DNA of 64,000 nt, taken from positions 22,500-86,499 of the forward strand of contig JAJRZW010000009.1 of NCBI GenBank assembly GCA_024275015.1, in the 5' to 3' direction. The translations under genes and the position numbers were made by a program. This stretch comes from Deltaproteobacteria bacterium. GTDB taxonomy: Bacteria; Desulfobacterota; Desulfobulbia; Desulfobulbales; JAJRZW01. Numbering within the stretch: position 1 is the first letter of the stretch; each line of letters begins with the position of its first letter. The notes under the pieces were generated by a model, which worked only from the letters and a program-made list of their open reading frames with translations, was not told the DNA's origin and ran no database searches. Shown piece by piece: positions 56,282-63,684 of the stretch.

Positions 56282-56951
56282 CGAAAATATACTTCTTCAT
56301 TGCGGCCTCCGCGATTACCCAGTCGTCAATATCATCAATGTCAAGCGCTGAATATTCAGGCATTTCATATATCTTTATCCTGCCGCACAGCCTGTTTCCA
56401 TTTTTCACAAAACCGCCAACGGTATTAATATAGAAAGCTCCATTTTCCATAAGCTCTCCCTCTATCTCTTGTCTTCTTGGACGAAACCTGTAGTCGTAAT
56501 TAACGGGAGAACCGTCTTCGTTCCATAAAAACACCTTAAGCCTCGCGCAGGAGAGCAATGAATCACATCCGCTTTCACGATATCCGGCCAGGGCACCTTC
56601 AAGATCGACCGTTCTGATCAGGGGATTTGTCGCCTGCGCCAGGATAAAAACGTCATCATCGTCGAAGTCATGTCTACCGAGAAATTCAAGAACAACGCTC
56701 TCGGTTGAAGAATGATCCTGCGCGTTTGCCGCATCCCTCATGTATACCTTCACCTTGTCGAGGGCAAACCCCTCGACCACGCTCCTGATCTCGTCGCAAT
56801 CAGTGGCCGCATAGACCGCATCGATCCCCGATACCGCTGAAAGCGCCCGCAGAGCCCAGAAAACCAGCGGCCTCCCGCAGAATTCTTTTATATTCTTCAT
56901 CGGAATCGACTTGCTGCCGCATCTGAGCGGCACAAAAGCTATGGTCTTCAT
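56235..56951 (-). CDS. Acylneuraminate cytidylyltransferase family (CMP-nonulosonic acid synthetase)
   Basis: AFVPLRCGSKSIPMKNI N-terminal motif; 238 aa. Confidence 0.85.
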   Translation of the reverse strand: MKTIAFVPLRCGSKSIPMKNIKEFCGRPLVFWALRALSAVSGIDAVYAATDCDEIRSVVEGFALDKVKVYMRDAANAQDHSSTESVVLEFLGRHDFDDDDVFILAQATNPLIRTVDLEGALAGYRESGCDSLLSCARLKVFLWNEDGSPVNYDYRFRPRRQEIEGELMENGAFYINTVGGFVKNGNRLCGRIKIYEMPEYSALDIDDIDDWVIAEAAMKKYIFADHLVAKARTDFATR

Positions 56952-56978
56952 ATTCTCCCTTTGCTGTCTATCATCCCG

Positions 56979-57135
56979 TTAACAGACTGTTGAAAAAGCC
57001 GTCCTGGCTTTTTCAACTCCCGGTTGGCCAAAACAAGTTCCGGCCAACCTCTCGATTTCACTGGTTTTTTCAACCCGGTGAAATCGGCGACGCGTCCGTG
57101 CGCCGCGACCAGCCCGTTTTTCAACGGGCTGTTAA
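56979..57135 (-). repeat. Family A repeat, copy A7, full length
   Basis: TTAACAG at 56979 and CTGTTAA ending at 57135; all five hairpins present. Confidence 0.9.
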
Positions 57136-57332
57136 AAAAGCCACGGACAGCTGACAGATGCCCCAACATTTTCCGGCAGGGGGCTTTCCCTGTAATCATT
57201 TGCAAAATAAACGCCAATGGGCGCCCGAAATGACAACTAATTGATATAGTTAACATATATCGGAAGAAGACAGGGGGGACTTGAAGAAAAACAGGAAAAA
57301 TTTTCCCGCCGGGGATAGCGAAATCCCCGGGT

Positions 57333-58075
57333 TCACCCCTCGAAACCGATGAACCGGCGGCGTCCGAAGAGACGGATAGCAATGAGGCCGATCTCGTAAA
57401 GGACCACGAGGGGCGCGGCCATGAGGAACTGGTTAACAATGTCCGGGGTCGGGGTCACCACCGCGGCGATAACAAAGGCGGCCAGCACCGCGTATTTTCT
57501 CCCGGCAGCCAGTTTTTTCACGTCAGCCAGACCGATCTTGGCGATAAAGACCATGACAATGGGGAGTTCAAATACAAAGCCGAAAGCGATGAGCAACCGC
57601 AGACACAGAGAGAAATACTCCTTCACTGCCGGCATTACCCTTAAACCGTCGCCGGAATAGCTGCTCAGAAACTTGAACGCCGGCGGGAAAACGACAAAAT
57701 AAGCAAAGAGGTTGCCGGATATAAAACAGAAGACGGAAAGGAGGATGAAGGGAAGAAAGACCTTGCGTTCATTTTTATAAAGACCAGGGGCAACAAAACG
57801 CCATGCCTGATGAATTATAACCGGCGAGGCGATGAGGATGCCGCCGGCAAGGGCAAGTTTCAGATAAAAAAAAAGGCCTGCTGATAAGAGTTGAAGATAA
57901 TCTTCGAGCCTTCGGGAAGAACCCGGGCCAGGGGAAGAAAGAGCCAATCGGCAAGCTCACGCGAGTAATTGTAGCAAATCCCGAAGCCCGCCGTCACCGC
58001 GATCAGACTCTTGATCAGGCAGTTGCGCAAGTCGCGCAGATGTTCAGTCAGGGCCTGTTTTTCAAACTCTTCCAT
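57333..58075 (-). pseudogene. tatC: Twin-arginine translocase subunit TatC; frame broken by a -1 shift in a T9 run (coding strand) at 57866..57874
   Basis: ORF 57860..58075 (N-terminus) and ORF 57333..57947 (remainder, ..IASPVIIHQAWRFVAPGLYKNERK..) join as ..QQAFFF-YLKLALAGG.. when shifted -1 in the run. Confidence 0.8.
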
Positions 58076-58081
58076 ATTGTA

Positions 58082-58109
58082 AGTTTACGATTTACGGTTT
58101 ACGGTTTAG
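58082..58109. promoter_or_regulatory. Second GTTTACG-type heptad array, in the divergent tatC / 58191 intergenic region
   Basis: GTTTACG ATTTACG GTTTACG GTTTAGA. Confidence 0.3.
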
Positions 58110-58190
58110 AAGTCCGTTGGCAATGGACTGTGCTGACCTGAAAAAATATTCGATTCCGCCGCAATTGGCAAAGAATGATTCCCGCGCGCC

Positions 58191-59036
58191 ATGAAAACTG
58201 ACAAAAAAAAATACCAGGACGGCCTTGACCTCCTCCGCCGACCGGCCATGCCCCTGGTCCGTCTGCTCATCCTGCTTTATATCACCGGCCCCTTTATCAC
58301 CATTGACGAGCTGACCGGGGAATTGAACGAAGAGGTGGATACCGGCCAGGTCGTCTACCCTGATCCGGCCGCGACCCTGGCCCCGTATTCCCGGGAACTG
58401 AGGCTGATCGAAAGGATCAAAGACAACGGCTCCGCCGCCCCCGGGACGGTAACGACCCCGGCGGGAGACCCGCTCGATCCCCTGGAGGCAGTGGAACTAA
58501 TCGTCGGCCAGAAGATCATGACCCGGGAGCTTGAAACGATAAACAGCCGCCTGTGCCGCCCCTGCCATTGTTCCCTCTGCTGCGTGGGACCGACAAAAGA
58601 CATGGCCCAGGAATTCTTTGAGATTCCCCTTGCCGCCACCGAGGTCAAGGACTTTGCCCTTGACCTTGTCGATACCCCGGAGAGCCGCGAACTCAATCCA
58701 GACTCCGGATACCGGCCCGACGGCATCCCCTTTTACCGCCGCCCCGCGGCCATCTACCGCTTCCGCGACGGTTTCAGTCTCATCCTGCCCAAAAAAAGCC
58801 GCTGCCCCAACCTTGACGAACCGGATGGCTGCGCCATCTACCACCGCCGTCCGGAGGTCTGCCGCCGCCCCCAGATATTCCCCTATCTGCTCGAAAAAAA
58901 AGGCGACACAAACATCGTGAGGAAAAAACTTCTGGCCGTAATCGACTGCCCCTATGTCCGCGACCTGAAGGAAGAAATCGCCGCCTACGCCGCCGGCTGC
59001 GGCGCGGAACTGGTCCTGCGGCACAACAAGGGTTAA
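58191..59036 (+). CDS. YkgJ-type (CxxCxxCC) zinc/iron-chelating domain protein
   Basis: CRPCHCSLCC and CPNLDEPDGCAIYHRRPEVCRRP motifs. Confidence 0.65.
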   Translation: MKTDKKKYQDGLDLLRRPAMPLVRLLILLYITGPFITIDELTGELNEEVDTGQVVYPDPAATLAPYSRELRLIERIKDNGSAAPGTVTTPAGDPLDPLEAVELIVGQKIMTRELETINSRLCRPCHCSLCCVGPTKDMAQEFFEIPLAATEVKDFALDLVDTPESRELNPDSGYRPDGIPFYRRPAAIYRFRDGFSLILPKKSRCPNLDEPDGCAIYHRRPEVCRRPQIFPYLLEKKGDTNIVRKKLLAVIDCPYVRDLKEEIAAYAAGCGAELVLRHNKG

Positions 59037-59189
59037 CAGCCCGTTGAAAAACTGACTGTACGCGGCTGATGTCCGCGCCGCCGATTTTGCCGGGTTGAAA
59101 ACCCCGGTGAAATCGAGAGGTTGACCGGAACTTGTTTTGGCCAACCAGAGTTAAAAAAGCCATGGACTGATTTTTCAACACTCTGTTAA
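59033..59189 (+). repeat. Family A repeat, copy A8, full length
   Basis: TTAACAG at 59033 (its TAA is the stop of the 58191 gene) and CTGTTAA ending at 59189. Confidence 0.9.
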
Positions 59190-59243
59190 CGGTCTGTTAA
59201 TGGACAGCTTTTTTTCAACCCTCTGTTCATAGAGCGCTTACGG
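59190..59243 (+). repeat. Tail of extra family A end fragments plus a family C core (C4)
   Basis: CGGTCTGTTAA; CAGCTTTTTTTCAACCCTCTGTT; GTTCATAGAGCGCTTACGG. Confidence 0.55.
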
Positions 59244-59252
59244 ACTGAAGAC

Positions 59253-59284
59253 AAAAAAACAGGGGGCCCGAAAAGGGCCCCCTG
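59253..59284 (-). terminator. Rho-independent terminator after the lipoprotein gene
   Basis: 10-bp stem CAGGGGGCCC/GGGCCCCCTG followed by T7 on the minus strand. Confidence 0.7.
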
Positions 59285-59311
59285 TTGCAAACCTGTCGCG
59301 ACCACGTACGC

Positions 59312-60292
59312 CTACGGCTCGATCGGGCCGCTCAGCTCCCCGGGGATGAGCCGGAGCTTGAAGCTCTGGCCAATGGTGTAGTCATAAGCCCCGCCGCTGG
59401 TCTTGGCAGGACTCAGGGTAAAGGTGTAGGTGGCGTTGCCCCCGGGCGCGGCGACATTGCCGATGACCGAAGAAGCGTTGTAGGTGGTGGTCGGCCCGGT
59501 GATGGAAAAGCTCCCGTCGCTCTGCTTATACTCTATATTACTTACCCCCGGATCAGCGGTCACAGCCACCCCGGCGATACCGTTACCACTGCTGTCCTCG
59601 ACATCCATGGAGAATACCGCGTCAGCCGTGGAGAACCCGAGCGCCGGCAACAGGGTGTTTACATCGGAAGTCCTGGTGTAATAAAATTTCACCGTTCCGG
59701 TATAATCGCTATCCTTGCCGATCTGCAGGTTTGCCGAGGTGTAGTCGGTGCCGTCGACATTCCTGCCCTTGGCGTGGAGATAAAAATCATAACCGGTTGG
59801 AACATTTATGCTGTAATGGCCGAGAATGCCGGTTACCGAATTCTGGGTCGTGGCGGACGACAGCACCGAGTCATCCACCGGGTTACGGGCCTCGATGGCC
59901 ACCCCGCCGAGCATGTCCCCGCTGTTGCTGTCCTCAAGGGTACCGGTAACCGTGGCCCTGGCCGAACAGTTCACGGTCACGGTCACCGCGGCGGTGGCAG
60001 TGCCGGAGGGGCTGGCGGCCACGCAGATCCTGTCCGACGGCTGGGTCTTGACCGTTACATGATACCCTGCGCCATAGATAACCTTAGTGACAAAGGCCGG
60101 GGTCCCATCCGTCGACACGGTCAGGTCATCGCCGCCGTTGTTCTGCAGGACCACGGAATCACTGCCGAGGCCGCTCACATTCGCGCTGATCTGGTTGTAA
60201 ACCGGGTCGTCGCTGCCGCAGCCGGAAACAGTGAGCAGGGCCATGGCCGACAGGGCCACCCCAATAAAAAACACATGTTTTCTCTTCTTCAT
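59312..60292 (-). CDS. Lipoprotein with repeated beta-sandwich-like (carboxypeptidase-regulatory-like) segments
   Basis: ATG 60292 (MKKRKHVFF..), lipobox LLTVSGC; S/T/G-rich mature part. Confidence 0.55.
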   Translation of the reverse strand: MKKRKHVFFIGVALSAMALLTVSGCGSDDPVYNQISANVSGLGSDSVVLQNNGGDDLTVSTDGTPAFVTKVIYGAGYHVTVKTQPSDRICVAASPSGTATAAVTVTVNCSARATVTGTLEDSNSGDMLGGVAIEARNPVDDSVLSSATTQNSVTGILGHYSINVPTGYDFYLHAKGRNVDGTDYTSANLQIGKDSDYTGTVKFYYTRTSDVNTLLPALGFSTADAVFSMDVEDSSGNGIAGVAVTADPGVSNIEYKQSDGSFSITGPTTTYNASSVIGNVAAPGGNATYTFTLSPAKTSGGAYDYTIGQSFKLRLIPGELSGPIEP

Positions 60293-60463
60293 GACTTCCT
60301 CCATTTTTTCATATCCGTATATCCGCCCCGCCGGAACGCCATAAAAACAATCCGGGGAACCTGTTTTCAAGCGTAGGCAGGATAACACCGGCTAACCTAC
60401 AGATTCCCTACAGAAGGTGAAAATATTTTTTCAAAGCAGAAACAAACGGGAAATGAACCGGGA

Positions 60464-60500
60464 GTGAAAAGCCATGGACGGCTTTTCCAACGGCCTGATA
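60464..60500 (+). repeat. Family A fragment A10 (H5 plus terminal repeat)
   Basis: GTGAAAAGCC-atggac-GGCTTTTCCAACGGCCTGATA, 4 nt from the regulator stop codon. Confidence 0.6.
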
Positions 60501-60504
60501 CAGG

Positions 60505-63500
60505 TTACCGGATACCCGGAGGACGACGGAATTTCTTTCGGCCTGTGGCCTCGGCAATGATCCCGGCGGTAAGGGATGAAGGCTCAACGCCCGCGGCGGC
60601 GAGGACCCTCACACAATGGCGGGACACCGACAACGCCCGGTCGCGCTGCCCCCGGGCAAGGTAACAACGCACGAGCCCCTGATAAAACTCCTCAATCAGA
60701 TCGTCGGCCTCAAGCCCACGGAGATAAACATCGCAGGCGGCAACGAATTGTTTTTTTTCCTCAAGGCCACGACAGAACTCCCCCACATGGCAGATGAACT
60801 TGTCCCGCAGACGTTCACGTACCGGAACGGCCCAGCCCCCGGCCTCCTGGCTCAGGAAATCTCCCCGGTAAAGCCCGAACGCCTTTGCCAGAGCTCTGCC
60901 GCCGCCAACGGCATCGGCAGAGGTGAGCAGTAACTCAAAGGCCCGGAAATCGATATAGCAAAGGTCCCGGGCAAGACTTACCCGGCCCATGCGGTACACC
61001 ACCGCCCCGCGAACGCCGAGGATCTTTCGCAACCGGGTTATGGTGACTTCCAGACTCTTGTGCGCCGCGTCACCGTCGGCATCCGGCCAGAGTATATCAA
61101 ACAGAGTGGCCTCGTTCACGTCATCCCCGCCCATGGCAATCAGGACCATAAGCAATTCCAGAGGTTTTTTCGGCGTCTTGCCGCGAAAACCAAGGCGAAC
61201 GCCGTCAACAAAGATCTCGAAACGACCAAGGGTATAGATTTTGACCGGCCACGGCCATAATTCAAGATGAACGGGAAGACAGGCGGGAACAAGCCGGCGG
61301 CGGCGAACGAGATCGCGGACGTAATCCGCCTCTATCCCTTCATCCAGCGCCATGACGCACAGATTCGCCATCAGCTCCGGATGCCACCAGGAAAAGTTCA
61401 CATATCCCCGGCGACGGCCAATCGCCAGCCCCTCGCCAAGACACCGCATCCCCTCCTCCCTGTCTCCGGCGGCAAAAGAAAAAACCGCCCGCATGAGCAG
61501 GACGACGAATCTTATCGAGTCACTGCCGAGTTGACCGGCTATCCGCGCCGCGGTCTCAAGCCCGGACATGGCCCCGGACAGGTCACCGCTGTCGTGCCGC
61601 AGATGGGCCATGGCCAGGTTACCTTGGGCCATGGCGTAATGAAGGCCAACGGTATCCGCCAGTTTCAGTGCCTGCGCCTGATGATCCATGGCACGGGGCA
61701 GATCTCCCTTGAGATGCAGATACCACGAGGTCTCGTAGTGAAAATAGAAACGATCCAGAATCCGGCCCCGCTCATCCACCCCGGCCATCCGCTTGAGAAA
61801 TTCTCCGGCCCGTTCGAGATCTCCGTCCGAGAGGGAAGCCGCAACCCCCTGTACCAGCAGGAGGTAATCCCAGGTATGCACTCCGGTCTCGGCGGCAAGA
61901 GCGAGACCGGAGTCAACCGTCCGGCAGGAGGCGTCGCAGTCGCCGGTGAGCCAGACCCAGGTCCCGGCCATCCTGGCGGTTATAACCGCGAGCGGAGCCG
62001 GGGCCTGTTCCTTTCCCGTCATCCTGGAAAGAATGCTCTCGGCCCTGGGATAGTCCCCGATCCAGATGGCAAAGGTGTGGAGATAAAAACCGGCAAACAT
62101 CGCAAAGGAAGAATCGGGACAGTGACCAATAAGGGCCTCAGCCCTCGCGGCCCATGAGGAAAACTGCGGATGCCGGGGTTGCCGCACCGCCAGCGCCCCG
62201 AACATCCCCGCCACGACCCCGGCTAAAACCCCGTCCTGCGACGACGACTGACGCCCCATGATTCCGTCAAGCACGGATATCCACTTGTCAAGGGGGCGCA
62301 GATCCCCCATTTCATGCAGATAGGTTCCCACCACCCCCGCCCACGCCCTGAATATCCCCGACAGGTCATCCCGGTGGGTGAACGCTTCATGGGCGCGGAC
62401 GAAAAAAGGCCGGCTCCCGGCCGGATCACCGCCAACCATCCGGCACACCCCGCTCCAGTAAAGGAGCCAGGGTCGCTCGGCAAGCAGGGTCTCCGGCAAC
62501 GATACAAGCCATTGCAAAAGCAGCCGGTCCCTCGCCTCGGCGACAAGCCCTTCCGCCTGACGCCCGGCCAGATCGGCCAGGGCGGCGAACCCCCCGCATT
62601 GACGGTAAAGAGCCGCGGCATCATCCATATTGCCGTCTTCCTCCAGAAAACGGGCCGCGGCCATACGCATGCCCTTTATCTCAACATCGCTGTAGGCCAG
62701 ATGCGCCATCCGCGAAAGGAACTCGCGAAACAGGGGGTGGTAACCGTAAACCGGCTCGTACCTGCTGTAGCGCTCGATGAAATAATTACCCGCCTGCAGT
62801 CTGGTCAAAACACTCCCGGCGTCATCCCGACCGGTGAGCCGGACAGCCAGGCCGGGAGTAAACTCCGGCACCATGGCGGTCCGCTGCAAAAAATCCCGCA
62901 GCCCCCCGTCTAAACCGGCAAACACCTCCTCGGCAAAATAGGAGAATATCTCTTCATGGCCCCCGAGTCCGGCCACTCCGGGGACAGATTCCCCTACCCC
63001 GCCGAGCAGGACCAGGGCCGCGGCCCAGCCCCCGGCGGCCTTGGATATCCGCCGGATCTCGGCTGGCCCGAGCTCCCCGCCGCTCTGGAGCCTGATAACC
63101 TCCCCGGCCTCATCATCGGTAAAGCGTATGTCATCCCAACCTACCACCGCCATCGCCTTGTTCGCCCGGATCCGGATCAGCTCCCGGGGAGGATGATCAC
63201 GACTCATGATGACGACGCCGGATCCCTCCGGGACCACTGCCAGGCCATTTTTTATGATCTCATGGAGGGAGGAATCAGGGCTCAATTCATGATAATTGTC
63301 CAGTACCAGTAGGCCGGACGAGGGGAATCTGACAAAAAGGGCCTCGAAATAACGCCGGGCAAACATCGGGGCCGCGGCCCGATATTCCGGAGACAGCAGG
63401 GGCAGATCCCCACCCTGTCCGGGAGCCGACTTTTCCACCGCCATCCCGAGGTAATGGAAAAAAGTGCTCGGCTCATCATCGCGCCGATCAAGACGATACC

Positions 63501-63684
63501 AGATAAAAGGAAACGAACGCGAAGCAAGGTAATCGGCGACCAGGGTGGTCTTACCGGAACCAGCAGGGGCGGAGACATACACCAGCGACCGGCGCAATTC
63601 CTTGTCCAGCCGGGAAAACAATCGTTCCCTCGGGCATGCCCCGAACACCAGCGGAGGGGCTATCTTACTGACAGGATATTTCAT
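60505..63684 (-). CDS. Large STAND-type ATPase/TPR transcriptional regulator with a C-terminal SARP (OmpR-like wHTH plus BTAD) module
   Basis: Walker A APAGSGKTTL; long helical-repeat middle; C-terminal IYTLGRFEIFVDG...KPLELLMVLI...RLRKILG plus a BTAD-like tail. Start uncertain (63684, 63714 or 63744). Confidence 0.7.
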   Translation of the reverse strand: MKYPVSKIAPPLVFGACPRERLFSRLDKELRRSLVYVSAPAGSGKTTLVADYLASRSFPFIWYRLDRRDDEPSTFFHYLGMAVEKSAPGQGGDLPLLSPEYRAAAPMFARRYFEALFVRFPSSGLLVLDNYHELSPDSSLHEIIKNGLAVVPEGSGVVIMSRDHPPRELIRIRANKAMAVVGWDDIRFTDDEAGEVIRLQSGGELGPAEIRRISKAAGGWAAALVLLGGVGESVPGVAGLGGHEEIFSYFAEEVFAGLDGGLRDFLQRTAMVPEFTPGLAVRLTGRDDAGSVLTRLQAGNYFIERYSRYEPVYGYHPLFREFLSRMAHLAYSDVEIKGMRMAAARFLEEDGNMDDAAALYRQCGGFAALADLAGRQAEGLVAEARDRLLLQWLVSLPETLLAERPWLLYWSGVCRMVGGDPAGSRPFFVRAHEAFTHRDDLSGIFRAWAGVVGTYLHEMGDLRPLDKWISVLDGIMGRQSSSQDGVLAGVVAGMFGALAVRQPRHPQFSSWAARAEALIGHCPDSSFAMFAGFYLHTFAIWIGDYPRAESILSRMTGKEQAPAPLAVITARMAGTWVWLTGDCDASCRTVDSGLALAAETGVHTWDYLLLVQGVAASLSDGDLERAGEFLKRMAGVDERGRILDRFYFHYETSWYLHLKGDLPRAMDHQAQALKLADTVGLHYAMAQGNLAMAHLRHDSGDLSGAMSGLETAARIAGQLGSDSIRFVVLLMRAVFSFAAGDREEGMRCLGEGLAIGRRRGYVNFSWWHPELMANLCVMALDEGIEADYVRDLVRRRRLVPACLPVHLELWPWPVKIYTLGRFEIFVDGVRLGFRGKTPKKPLELLMVLIAMGGDDVNEATLFDILWPDADGDAAHKSLEVTITRLRKILGVRGAVVYRMGRVSLARDLCYIDFRAFELLLTSADAVGGGRALAKAFGLYRGDFLSQEAGGWAVPVRERLRDKFICHVGEFCRGLEEKKQFVAACDVYLRGLEADDLIEEFYQGLVRCYLARGQRDRALSVSRHCVRVLAAAGVEPSSLTAGIIAEATGRKKFRRPPGIR

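Noticed and set aside
57024-57233. A family of ORFs starting MAKTSSGQPLDF(I/T)GFFNP.KSAARTSAA..FFNGLL. Members are 2579..2989, 25014..25442, 28883..29164, 31846..32202, 57024..57233 and 58497..59144. Related MFWPT(G/E)VEK..DGFFNGL starts occur at 50081..50293 and 55078..56205. They look like a conserved small protein.
   Set aside because: The shared peptide is simply the translation of the family A repeat. Similarity stops at the repeat boundary, and the ORFs run on into real genes on the opposite strand. The DNA shows hairpin-preserving substitutions, not codon-preserving ones.
56149-59243. Several repeat copies within 3 kb could suggest a CRISPR array.
   Set aside because: The units are ~155 bp and internally palindromic, occur in both orientations, are irregularly spaced and are separated by genes. 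There is no short direct-repeat/spacer periodicity and there are no cas genes.
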